Assembly (NCBI GenBank): GCA_964016885.1
Contig: OZ024740.1
Span: 101,556,001 to 101,620,000, forward strand
Source of the DNA: Eledone cirrhosa
Taxonomy: Eukaryota
Length of the DNA: 64,000 nucleotides
Direction: 5' to 3'
This document shows positions 30,628 to 43,428 of this stretch, piece after piece. Under the pieces are notes generated by a model. That model ran no database searches and was not told the DNA's origin. It worked only from the letters and a program-made list of their open reading frames with translations. A program made the position numbers and the translations under genes. Positions within the stretch are counted from its first letter, which is position 1; every line of letters starts with the position of its first letter.

Positions 30628-31957
30628 CTATACTGTTACCACCATAACAGCCATACTGTTACCACCACCACTACAGCCATACTGTTACCACCACTACTGC
30701 CATACTGTTACTACCACCACTACATTCATACTGTTACCACCACCACTACAGCCATACTGTTACTACCACCACTACAGCCATACTGTTACCACCACCACTA
30801 CAGTCATACTGTTACCACCACCACTACAGCCATACTGTTACCACCACCACTACAGACATACTGTTACCACCACCACTACAGCCATACTGTTACCACCACC
30901 ACTACAGCCATACTTTTACCACCACCACTACAGCCATACTGTTACTACTACCACTACATCCATTCTGTTACCACCACCTCTACTGCCATACTGTTTCTAC
31001 CACCACTACAGCCATACTGTTACCACCACCACTACAGCCATACTGTTACTACCACCACTATGGCCCTACTGTTACCACCACCACTACAGCCATACTGTTA
31101 CCACCACCACTACAGCCATACTGTTACTACCACCACTACAGACATACTGTTACCACCACCACTACAGCCATACTGTTACCACCACCACTACAGCCATACT
31201 GTTTCTACCACCACTACAGCCATACTGTTACTACCACCACTACAGCCATACTGTTACCACCACCACTACAGCTATACTGTTACCACCACCACTACAGCCA
31301 TACTGTTACCACCACCACTACAGCCATACTGTTACCACCACCACTACAGCCATACTGTTTCTACCACCACTACAGCCATACTGTTACTATAACCACTACA
31401 GCTATACTGTTACCACCACCTCTACTGCCATACTGTTACCACTACCACTACAGCCATACTGTTACCACCACCACTACAGCCATACTGTTACCACCACCAC
31501 TACAGCCATACTGTTACCACCACCACTACAGTCATACTGTTACTACCACCACTACTGCCATACTGTTACCACTACCACTACAGCCCTACTGTTACTACGA
31601 CCTCTACATTCATACTGTTACCACCACCACTACTGCCATAATGTTACCACCACCACTACTGCCATACTGTTACCACCACCACTACATTCATACTGTTACC
31701 ACCACCACTACAGCCATACTGTTACTACCACCACTACAGCCATAATGTTACTACCACCACTACAGACATACTGTTACTACTACCTCTACAGACATACTGT
31801 TACTACCACCACTACAGACATACTGTTACTACCACCACTACAGACATACTGTTACTACTACCACTACAGACATACTGTTACTACCACCACTACAGACATA
31901 CTGTTACTACTACCACTACAGACATACTGTTACTACCACCACTTCAGACATACTGTT

Positions 31958-32173
31958 ACTCCAACAATTACAGCAATACTGTTACCACCACAATTACAGC
32001 CATTCTGTTAATACCACCATCACCATTGCTCTACAGTTATTTCTACATTCTCTACATAGTTAGACCTATAATGATGGAGGTTATAGATACTAGTAGTGTT
32101 ACCCGGCCTTGCACGGGATAAGGTATTTTGGAACGCGGACCGCCAACAGTCCTAATCGTGGAAAAACTGCATG
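31958..32173. repeat. Junction block copy 2
   Basis: Same block as copy 1. CTAG lies at 32090. Confidence 0.9.
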
Positions 32174-33059
32174 CCATACTGTTACCACCACTACAGCCAT
32201 ACTGTTACCACCACCGCTACAGCCATACTGTTACCTCCACCACTACAGCCATACTGTTACCACCACCACTACAGCCATACTGTTACCACCACCACTACAG
32301 CCATACTGTTACCACCACCGCTACAGCCATACTGTTACCACCACCGCTACAGCCATACTGTTACCACCACCACTACAGCCATACTGTTACCACCACCGCT
32401 ACAGCCATACTGTTACCACCACCACTACAGCCATACTGTTACCACCACCGCTACAGCCATACTGTTACCACCACCACTACAGCCATACTGTTACCACCAC
32501 CACTACTGCCATACTGTTACCACCACCACTACTGCCATACTGTTACCACTACCACTACAGCCATACTGTTACTACCACCTCTACAGCCATACTGTTACCA
32601 CCACCGCTACAGCCATACTGTTACCACCACCACTACAGCCATACTGTTACCACCACTACAGCCATACTGTTACTACCACCACTACAGCCATACTGTTACT
32701 ACCACCACTACTGCCATACTGTTACCACCACCACTACAGCCATACTGTTACCACCACTACAGCCATACTGTTACTACCACCACTACAGCCATACTGTTAC
32801 TACCACCACTACTGCCATACTGTTACCACCACCACTACAGCCATACTGTTACTACCACCACTACAGACATACTGTTACTACCACCACTACTGCCATACTG
32901 TTAATACCACCACTACAGACATACTGTTACTCCAACAATTACACAATACTGTTACCACCACAATTACAGCCATTCTGTTAATACCACCATCACCATTGCT
33001 CTACAGTTATTTCTACATTCTCTACATAGTTAGACCTATAATGATGGAGGTTATAGATA

Positions 33060-33957
33060 CTAGTAGTGTTACCCGGCCTTGCACGGGATAAGGTATTTTG
33101 GAACGCGGACCGCCAACAGTTCTAATCGTGGAAAAACTGCATGCGTGGACAATATGTAAAGAAAATAAACCGAATACTCTGATGGCTGGATAATCTTTAA
33201 GATTTTCCTCGATGAAGCAGGAAAAATGTAGGTTTTCAACTAATGCGGGCCCTAGGCTTTCAAGAAAATGAATTTTTTTAATGTGCATAATATGTCTGGA
33301 AATTTCGGGAAAATCGGCTATACTTAACGCCTCAAATAAGCCCTAAAAAGCTGAAAAAATGAAGTTTTTCGCCTACTGCGGGCTCTAGGCCATAAAAAAG
33401 TTGGATTTTCTTTGCTCGCGGTATGAAGAAGAGACTGACTAATATATAGTTACAATTTCAAGGAAGTCTGTCTGACGTATCGACTCAAAAACACCCATAA
33501 AAATCTGAAAAACCGCAGTTTTTCAACTAATGCTACTAGGGTATCAAAAAGTTGAATTTTTTTTATGTGCATAACACTCCCTGAAACATAAGTAATACAC
33601 ATGTAAAGTTTGAAAAAAGTCGGTTGAGTACTTCTCGAGTTTTAGGGATTCAAACTCACAGACACACACAGACATCCTCAGGGAAGTGACGTAATGCAGA
33701 CAGCAGACATACATACACATATTATAAGGGCGCGACGTTGTATGTATGTATCTATCTAAAAAGAGAAAGACTAAGAATTATAGAGAGAGAGATCACTAAA
33801 TCGCCTAATGCGGTCCCTAGGGCATTGAAAATTTTAATTTTTTTTTGCTCAGAACACTCCCTGTAACATAAGTAATACGGTTGGGTGGTTCTTGAGTTTT
33901 ATGGATTCAAACTCACACATAAACACACACAGACATCCTCAGTTTTATATATATAGA
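33060..33957 (-). mobile_element. Complete non-autonomous Helitron (898 bp)
   Basis: On the minus strand it starts 5'-TCTATATATATAAAACTGAGGATGTCTGTGTGTG and ends CCCGTGCAAGGCCGGG (hairpin)-TAACACTA-CTAG-3'. It is inserted between A and T with no TSD and contains internal degenerate subrepeats. Confidence 0.85.
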
Positions 33958-34169
33958 TAATGTATTATGGAGTACATTATTCAATTTAGCCTTAACGTTT
34001 TTAAAATATGGAGTGCAATATGAGGAAGATTTAACAGCTAAGATTTAACCTGACTAACTGAATTTAGCTCTACTAGACATTAAGGTTTCCAGCGTTTTTC
34101 TGATTATCTTTTTTTACTCTCTTTTATATTTCTTTTTTTACCCTTAGAGATATCATGAAAAGAAAGAAC

Positions 34170-34565
34170 TGTCATTCTCCAGCAAATTGGAAGGCCTATC
34201 CTGGCATAATGCCATGTGATGTCAGAGTTTCCTTAATGTCATGTCTTCTTAGGTTAACCTCTGGTCTTGTGGCCAGACATCTTTCTGTTATGTACATTAG
34301 GCTGGCTGATAGATTGGGGTTCTTGTAATATGTCAGAACCACTGTATCTTATATCATTGAATGTGATGATGGTTTGGCATTGTTCCTACAATTTTTATGA
34401 TCTTGTCATTCCTCATCCCATTTACAGCTTTTCTCAGGAAGTACATCTTGCAGGTTATGATTTTACATTCTAAAGGCTTTGTCAGGATCCAGGTTTGACA
34501 TTGGTATATGAGTGTAAAGATAAAGATTGTGTTGATCAGCTTAGATTTGGTAATGGAAACAGCAA
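34170..34565 (-). pseudogene. Highly decayed RTE-like RT C-terminal fragment
   Basis: TKSKLINTIFIFTLIYQCQTWILTK..KMYFLRKAVNGMRNDKI resembles the RTE LLYGxETWxL..EMxxLR..RxDRI region. Downstream GHKTRG*PKKT resembles GRPRKTW. Confidence 0.55.
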
Positions 34566-35339
34566 AAATATGCTTATTATTATTATTATTATCCTTCATT
34601 GTATGGTAAATATTTTTCATCTTTTTGATATCATCTGTCTGAGATCACTTTGTTTCTATAATATGTCAGTAACATTATTAGCCTTTTCACATCTATTTTT
34701 AATGCTGGCACAGGTTAAAAAAATGGATGATATAAACTATTCATTTTAAAGTGACTATATCGATTCCATCATAATTTTATATAACAACATTTTTTTTTAA
34801 AGGTTACATAGCAAATACAAGCTTAATAATGACTAAATTAGTTATTATACTAAATTCTTTCAAATTCCTGATTATTTCCAAACTTTAATGCAATATATTG
34901 GCAGTGTTACATTAGAAATAAGTTCAAGCAAGGTTAATCTAATCTGTCATAACTATGTATCTTTATCTCTTTCCTTTCTTTCTCTCATTTGCAGTAAAAT
35001 TCCTTATCTTTGAAATCTAACCACTGTATATCTTTATCCAAATGTAATCTTTCATGTGATACCAGCAATAAATCAAATATAGTCCATCCAAGTCCATCAT
35101 TTGTTGGTCTCCTACTTTTCCTGATGAAAGAAAAAATCCTCCACTTATTCAATAAAACAGTGTTTGGTTATTTCCTTTGAAAATAAATATTAGAAATATT
35201 TGTGAAAGATTCAAACTGTAATGTTGTTATATTTCATTATCAACTTTATTTGAAGCAAATAAAGTTCTTGCTTTATTAGGTTCAATAATGTTATTGAATA
35301 AATCTTTATAGAGGTGCTATTAGATTATCATCAACAACA

Positions 35340-35670
35340 TCATGATCATCATCATCATTTAACATCTGTTTTTCTTTCTAGAAAATATTCCAGTACCTGA
35401 CTGTATGTCATTTTCCACTTTATGCTTATAGTTAAAAGCATCAGCCTCATCATTTTATGTCTGTTTTTTCATGTTGGTATGGGTTGGAGAGATGAGTACA
35501 AACCAAGTCAGTACTTGATCAGAGATACTGTCCTCCCTAATGGGTTGGGGGACCATATCTTGCTTATATATTTTCCAATTTTGGCAGCATTTCTATTGCT
35601 GGATGTCTTTCCTAATACCGACCAATTTACAGAGTATATTAGGTGCTTTTAATTGTGATACCAGCACTAG
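35340..35670 (-). mobile_element. Eroded SINE/LINE 3'-tail copies (RTE-tail family)
   Basis: Reverse complements of the shared tail are visible: tcatcatcatttaacatc and gctggatgtctttcctaataccgacc. Confidence 0.5.
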
Positions 35671-37346
35671 TAAAGGTTTGTATAGTTGGTGAATCACTGG
35701 AGTCTTCAGTCATATAGGACTTAAAGGATTACAATATTAGAGTTGTTTCTTGCATTTACTTTTACTGTAAAAATATTTCAACAGAGAAATATAAGTTAAT
35801 AAAATAAGGTTTTCAGTTGTACAGTGCTTTATTGTTAATAATAATAAGACATACAGCTGTGTGATATCTGCTTTACAGTTAGTGGGATATGACAGCTGGG
35901 AGTTATGTTTATTGATAAAAACCCGGTACAATGGCCATGGAATGGATGTGTCAGAACTTTGAATGACAATCAAACTGCATGAGGTGTGTCAAAGAGTTGA
36001 TTTCTTTAATTGTCATTGTTTAGCACCAGCTCAGCTCTATGTTGACACATATTCCAACCATATTCCATATTTTATTTAGAATGTATCTATAACTAAATCG
36101 TCCAATGTGTCCTTTCTTTTTTAAGATAAGGTCTGATTTAGGGAAATTTTGCTTGCATTTCTAACAGACTGAGCAACTACCTAGTGTATGGTTGATACAG
36201 CTCTCAATCACAAGTAAAATTCCATCTATATTCAAATTTCAAACCACCTACTATTGAAATCTCTTAACCTCACATGAGAAAACTATGGTTAAAGTGTTAA
36301 CACCCAATCAAGATTTATTAAACAACCATTGACTTAATAAATATTGAGAAAATTTGAAATTTAAAATGTAGTCGCCCTAAAACAGAAATAATTGCTGATC
36401 ACTATAAATTGTGGTTGAGAAAATTGGGTAAAGTATCCCTGGAGATGGATAAAAGTAGATATTGATAAAATATTGTTATGGCCATTTCTCTGTTGGGACA
36501 ACTACATTATTTTTCTCAACACAAATGTGCCCCTGCACAAGTTAATATGTACTTGCAATTTGTCTCTGGCAATACAAAGGCTTCTTGCCTCTAGTGTAGA
36601 GGTCCCCTTATTGGCTTTCTAGTCACTGTGATGAAACAAGGGTAAGAGTTTTAAAATCTTCTCCTCACACGCATTTGAAAGATGCAAATACTATCATACT
36701 GCTCTTGGGTCAATACATTTAATTGACCTATGTCTAAAAAAGAAGCACATCGACATACACATCCTATCCTTGCACTCTTAGCTGTATAATACCACTGGTA
36801 GCCAAACTAAGCTCTAGCCTGATAACGCTCTTGGTTGAAGAAAGATTTTTAAATGTTTTTATCCTTCACTTATTTTCACCTACTTATCACTCTTCCTACC
36901 TCTCTCATCCTATTACTCCTTTATCCCATCATATTTCAACCCTGTTAGGTAGAGAAGACCCTTTAGTCATGCCATGACAACCTCTCTTGTGCTGGTGTCA
37001 CAAAAATGCACCCTATACACCCTGAAATGTGATTGGTGATAGGAAAGGCACTAAGCTGCAGAAATCTTACCCAAAAGGGATGAGAGAACTCTTTAGTTGT
37101 GTTAAATATATAAAAACCCCCCTAGCACTGGTGCCACTAGAAACTGCACCCATGATACTGTTACTAGCAAGGAAAAGGGATGTTATATTTAGAGGATGAT
37201 GTTAATGATGGACTTGTAAATATTTCAACTCAAATACTTCATGCATTAAATTCGATGTTATGAAACTCTCAAAATAGAAGGTAAAGTTGTTGTTGGTATT
37301 ATTTTTATTCATTCCTCAGGTTCTGTCTCCAACTTAGTTTGGTTTA

Positions 37347-37384
<38 letters not shown>

Positions 37385-38665
37385 TGGTTTTTATTTAGTT
37401 ATTTTTATATTTTATATTTATTTATATATTTATTGGTACAGATAATTTTAAATACTGAGTCCTTTCCTAAATCTACACAATATCATAAATTGCAATTAGT
37501 ATCTATTTTCTAGTTCATACAAAAATAAAATAAATGATTTGATACGATTTACTTGTTTTTCCCCCTTCCCCTCTGTCCATGCAAATATTAAAAATATATT
37601 TAAAATAAAATGAAAGAAACCATACACCTCCTACCCTTAAAAAGAATAAAACACAATATATCTAATCCAATTTCAACCCATGATATATATGTTACCATGT
37701 AACCTTTCCAATCGGTAGCCAATCACTTCAGTAGTATTGATTTTCTAATGCAGCCAGAAAGTGAAAATTAGATTGCATAGCTTTCATGTGTTCTCTTGGA
37801 AGATGTAGTTCCTTGCAGTCATCCATCTTCTTGTTATAGCAAGAGGGAGTATTCGATAGTTCTACCAACATGAGGTCTTCTTTGTAGTAATGGTAACAAA
37901 CTAAATTGTACATTATTGAAGCAGCTATGACAGTCAACATTGGCAGTCAACTACGACTGTTACCTGATGACATTCAGTTCTGACAGTCAACTATGATAGT
38001 CAATTATGACATTCAGCTTTGACAATCAATTATGATAGTCAACTATGACTGACCTTTGACTGCCTTCTCAAAAGCTGCTTTTCGTAGTCATACCTTGTAT
38101 AGGTGACAAATTGGCAGGCTCGGTAGCAAGTTGAATTAACTATTTTATAGTATTTGTTCCAGCTCTTCGTGATATGTGTTCAAATCCTGCAGTAGTTGAC
38201 TTTGCCTTGCATTTTGGCACAATTATTAATGTTAGACATGACACCTTGCAGTATCTCTTACAAACTTTTGTACTCTGAGTTTACCTGCAAATCCACTGAT
38301 ATCAAAATGTATCAGCTTTTGTCTTTCAATTGGACAACATTGACTGTATAGAAAGCATAGACATGCATACATGACCATCTGTTAGTTCCCCACAAAAAAT
38401 CCTTTCCTTAGAGAGGAACCTGCTTGATGAAGAAACTAACCCATGGTTAGCCATGCGCAAAGTAATGTCTAGAGAAAAATATGGACCAATGGATCCTCTT
38501 TTAATTTGAATAGCATTGCAAACAAAAACTTGGAAGAGGCATGCAACATGGTATTGCAAAGTGTGGTGTAATATCTTGTTCTTGAGTACTATTTCATAGT
38601 GACAACTTACTGCTTCTCCTCCACCTCCTACTAGTACTACTACTACTACTAATAATAATAATAAT

Positions 38666-38912
38666 AAGGTCATCCTGATTGTCATAGGAGCACTAGGTAC
38701 TATCTCAAAGAGTTTACAAGGATGGTTAAAGAAGATTAGTGCAATCCCGCTTTTTGGAACACTTCAAAAGGCATGCTTGTTGGGAACAGCAAGAACCCTC
38801 CAATATGTCCTGAATATCTGAGGTTGCAGGTAGCGGCTTGACGATCACATGAACAAACTTTCCAAATAAATAACATTAATGACTGAGACTCAAAGAATGA
38901 TAATAATAATAA
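38666..38912 (+). mobile_element. 3' fragment of an R4/Dong-clade (RLE) non-LTR retrotransposon in a (TAA)n tract
   Basis: 38666-38821 translates KVILIVIGALGTISKSLQGWLKKI..LQKACLLGTARTLQYVLNI*, the typical R4/Dong C-terminus. (AAT)n flanks both sides. Confidence 0.75.
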
Positions 38913-38919
38913 TGATGAT

Positions 38920-39365
38920 TCTACTTTAGACACAAAGCCAGCAATTTAAGGGGAGTGGAAAGTCGATTAAATCTACCCCCAGTGCATTACCGGTGTTTAT
39001 TTTATCAAGCCTGTAAGGATTTAAAGCAAAGCTAATCTCGGCAGAAGTTGAACACAGAACGTAAAGGACCATAAACTCCATGCTGCAAAGCATGTCCAAC
39101 GCGTTACCGATACTGTCAATCCACTTCCCTAATAATAATAATAATAATGGTTTCTTATATAGGCACAAGGCCAGCAATTTTGGGGGAGGCGAAAGTCGAT
39201 TAAATCAACCCCAGCGCATGACTGGTACTTTATTTTATCGATCCCGTAAGGATGAAAGGCAAAGCTAGCCTTGGTAGGATTTGAACTTGGGACGTAAAAG
39301 ACCATAACTCTATGCCGCGAAGCATGGCGTCCGATGCTCTACTGATACTTCCAATCCAATGCCCT
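38920..39365 (-). mobile_element. Two tandem copies of the second SINE family separated by (AAT)n
   Basis: Copies at ~38920-39125 and ~39150-39365 are colinear with each other and with the 7400 copy. Confidence 0.75.
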
Positions 39366-39677
39366 AATAATAATAATAGTAAAACTGTCACCACAACCAC
39401 CACCACCACCACCTAAAACGTGCAGTGGTGTTTCACCAATTGTAACTAAGTGTGGTGGAAAAATAATAAACTAATATTTTAAAAATGTGAAAAATACAAA
39501 GTGAAATTCTAAATATAAAGTCATAGTAACTATGTTTCTTTTATTGAATATAGTAAGTATTTAATGATTTTCTGAGTTTAAATTATTTATATTTATAGGC
39601 TAAAATACGTAAATAACCCTTTTCAAATATATTTTTCTACCTTATGTATAAAGTGTGCCAAACGATGCCATCATCAT

Positions 39678-39708
<31 letters not shown>

Positions 39709-40821
39709 TTCATCTTCATTATTATCATCATCATCGTTTTTATGGACATTTTTTCCATATATGATGAATTTGCTGAGACTTTTAAAAGCAGTATTCTACA
39801 GGCAGATGCCTTTCCTAATGTCAACTCTTACTTGTTTTTTTAAGAAAGTTGCCAAATCTTTGTATATCAACCATTGAACCATGGGACTTTTCTTTATGCA
39901 AGACATTACCATCAGCAGTATCAAATGTGAAGCAAAGACACATAGACAAACACAATCTCACACACTCACTCATTCACACACATATAATAGTTCCAGTGTA
40001 CCAAATTCACTTGCTGGTCATTGGTTGGTCCAACATTATAGCAGGACACTTGCCTAATTATTTCATGCAGTAGAATGGAAACTTAAAGCACATGGCTGTG
40101 GAGTGAACTTCTTAACCAGACAGCTAAGCACTACAAAGAAAAAGGTTTTGAGACCACTTGTATAATTCTTAACCTCTTGTACCACAGGAAACCACATTAG
40201 CAAAACATTTTCAAAAAGTAAAAAATGACTGCATCACATTAAAAATTAATGTGTTTACTTTAGTTTACTGCGAATTTTCTCAACAATCTGTTCAGTAGGA
40301 CAGTTACTATAAAAATTTAAATGAAGACACTTGTTTTTAGACATTTTCTATTAAATCCTTACTGAAGGCTAAGAGGTAACCGCTTCATACACTGCTTCTC
40401 TTAGAATAATTTCATGCATTGGCATAAGAGAAATATCATATTCTGTTACATTGGTGTTTTTTTTTAGTGGCATTAATAATTGTAAGTGAAGTGAAAATGA
40501 CCATAAATATGAATCAGAATGCTTACCACCATACATTTGCTTTCCATGCTGATATGAGTTGGTTATCATGATTTCACTTATACATTCATTTTGGCTTAAT
40601 TTCTAAGGGTGGATGCACTCTTGCACATTTACCACACTACAGGGTGTTTATGTGCATTTTATTGTGGGGATCAACACTAGAGTAGTCATCATGTCCACAA
40701 CATGACTAAGGAATCAACCTCAATATTGATTGTTCTGACTACAGTTAATGAAAAAAATTATTTTGAACAGCATTTTAATAACATGATAGTCATTAAGTAA
40801 TAAGTAGCTTGAATTTTGACT

Positions 40822-41470
40822 GCAACCCTTGATACCAACCTACTCAAAACTGCCCCTGGTTCTATGAAACAAAAACAGCCATTTTAAATTGCTCCTGTTT
40901 AAATTATAAACCTTTCAACAATTTAGTATAATAGCCTTTTGTTACGTTACAAATGCCATCTTAATAATTAATAATCATTTAATAATCAATAATTTAGTAA
41001 ATCCTCCTCAAATTCTTCATTAATTAACTAAAATGTAGTGTCTTCCATTAGAAATATGGTCATAAAAAAGGAAACCCATGTTCCAGCACAAATTGTTATT
41101 CTATTTATTCATTTTCTCTTAGTTTATTCTCGAGGAAAAGGTTGTAGCCATGGCCTTCACAGATATTCTGAGACTAGTACATTTGATGCTGTTAACATTC
41201 AATTTTTTTTCTTATTGTCTATCAGTTTAACCTTTTTGTTACCATATACCTGTGGAAATACACCACAATTGTGAAAATAATAAAGAAATTTGCAGTAACT
41301 TAATACAATAACACACTTCATTGTTATTAAATTGATGTTTGGAACTTAACTTGACAATGCTTCTGACAGAATTATAATGAACTGTTTTAATTTAAATGTG
41401 GATATTTAAAATAGGATGTTTTGTATCATTGAACTATTTTGAACAGCGAGGTAGTTTCAAAAAGACTAAA
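40822..41470. mobile_element. Possible eroded MITE with degenerate terminal inverted repeats; related end at ~4659
   Basis: aacccttgataccaacctac..ggttctatgaaacaaaa at 40824 matches 4661. A weak inverted counterpart (tttgtatcattgaac..ggtagtttcaaaaagactaa) lies at ~41420-41470. Confidence 0.35.
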
Positions 41471-43382
41471 TTACTTAGAATGTGGTTATTGTAATGTCTG
41501 GCAATTGTTTGCCTAAATATTGACTTCTATAAACATCATAAACATCTTCATAATTTTATTTTTGCTTTTCCATGCTTGCATGGGCTGTACGGGTCCTTTC
41601 CAACAGAGCCTCTCTCCTCTTCCAGCATTTCTTTCATTAGTATTCTTTCTTCCATGTGGGGACATTTCCTTAAAGCAACATCTCTGAGTGCCATTTTCCA
41701 ATGCAGGGAAGAATGTGAATGAGCAATAAATCTTTGATTTGCAGAGGTGCATTTCATTAGGAAATAGGAATCTATCCTTAACCATTGGAGTGAGCTGGAG
41801 TGATGGAAAGACGTTTACACATATGGAAGCCTATAACAGATTTGCCAAGTCAAGAATGGAAACATACTAAAGAAGGTTTTTAGATTCAAAAGTATCCACT
41901 ACTAACAACTAACCACAATTAACCACACAGTGAGACCTGTAGTCTGCAGCTATGTGGGTGGTCACAGTATTTCAGCTAATTTAAATTTTATCTATCCACC
42001 CCATTTCACAATTTCAGTCACTCTTCTTACCTCATGTCTATTCCTCTTAACTCATTTCCACTTTGTTTCACCTCCACATCTCTCCCTCCTTGAACTAGAA
42101 AACTACAAAACCCACTGTATATAAAAACATGTTGCTTGAAATACAACAATGCATTATATATATGTATATAAATGTATGTGTGTGTGTGTTGTCTTGTGTC
42201 TTAATCCCTGGACAGTGTTTTTGGCTTGTATCAGATGCTGTGACCCAAGGTGGACTGGCAGTACCGTTGATAGGGGTTGAAACTGTCAAAGTCCATCTCA
42301 ACAGCCGATGACCCAGGAGTTCTGTGTCTTTCATTTGTATTTTTATTTTTGTTTAAATAATTCTTTAAGGTTTCCTCATGATTGTTTTCGTTTTGCCTTT
42401 TTTTTTTGTTCATTGTATTCTCTTCTCTTTGTTAATTTTCCAAAGTTATATATATATATACACGCATACACGCATATTTATACATGTATGATTCAATCAG
42501 TCTTGATCCCCTCCATCTCTCTCTCTAAATTAACATTAAACACTACTAGCGGATATATATGTTCATATTAGACTTTCAATTTGAAATCCATCTTTGTCAA
42601 ATGCAAAATTTTACATTTTTTTTATTTTTGTTTTTCAGAGGCAAATTGCTGTATCTTTACCTTCAACATAATCCTCCATAATGAGAATTTTTTTAAAGGT
42701 AAGAATTATATTATTTATATTTGTTTAACATATATATATGAGAGTAGGATGAATAGTTCACAGGATGACTGTGAAGGAGTGATGTTAGAGCTTCGAAATC
42801 TTGAATGCATTAATATAAACTCTTCTAACTATAACTGCATCGTTTCTTTCCAGGGACTATGTCGAAAAATAAATCTCATTTGGTCATTCCATGAGTGTAT
42901 CTAGGTCAACCCATGAGCTTAGCCATACCTCTTTCAGAGAGCGAGAGAGTCTCGTTTAGGTAGAGTTGAATGTGCAGTTTGTCTCAATTTAAGGTACTTA
43001 AGAAACATTACATAAGTATATATGTATACATACACAAACACACACATCACACACAGACATGTGTCTATAGTCACACACAGACATGTATGTATATTCCTTC
43101 ATCCTCTTATTCTGGCTCACTTGCCACCCAGTAGATTCTGTAAAAGTGTTGCTGAGCCACAGAGATGGCATAGGAAACGAACATTTAGTTAATAAAGTTG
43201 CATGCATATATTGTGAATATGTATATATGTTATGTTTATCTACATTATAACTATATATTTTCTCACTCTCCTCCTCTCTCTCTATATATATACGTCTATA
43301 TATTTGTGAGTCATTCTTATGCAAAGGCCATGCTAACCTTCTCTTTACCTTTCTAATTGTTGTTTAGGTATATATATATATA

Positions 43383-43428
43383 CCCATGCAAGCGTGGAAG
43401 ATGGACGTTAAACGATGATGATGATGAT
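43383..43428 (+). mobile_element. 46-bp extreme 3' stub of the RTE LINE/SINE tail inside (TA)n
   Basis: cccatgcaagcgtggaagatggacgttaaac(gat)n is identical to the end of LINE copy 2 (~62373-62420). Confidence 0.8.

Larger units (their letters stand above)
28701..33008. repeat. 26-bp-unit sub-array TACTGTTAC(C/T)ACCACCACTACAGCCA, interrupted by junction blocks
   Basis: The unit gains one CAC triplet after ~28.7 kb. Non-satellite blocks interrupt it at ~30480-30627 and ~32026-32173, and the array ends at ~33008. Confidence 0.93.

Noticed and set aside
9611-33008. CRISPR-like or telomeric array
   Set aside because: Units are head-to-tail with no unique spacers and no cas genes, the context is eukaryotic, and the unit is not TTAGGG-like.
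9636-33091. Very long + strand ORFs (up to 1031 aa) of LLPLLQPYCYHYYSHTVTTTTAI repeats
   Set aside because: They arise because the 23/26-bp unit lacks stop codons in every + frame. All three frames give the same peptide and there is no gene structure.
39642-39877. Poly-Ser/Ile/Met ORFs
   Set aside because: They come from an (ATC)n tract that is probably the reverse-strand tail of an eroded SINE/LINE.
41540-41900. Minus-strand ORFs with a catgcaagcatggaaaag end
   Set aside because: Probably another eroded RTE-related 3' end, but too degenerate to call with confidence.
42737-42990. Possible mariner-type terminal repeat after (TA)n
   Set aside because: Only one end resembles a TIR, and no partner end or coding relic was found.
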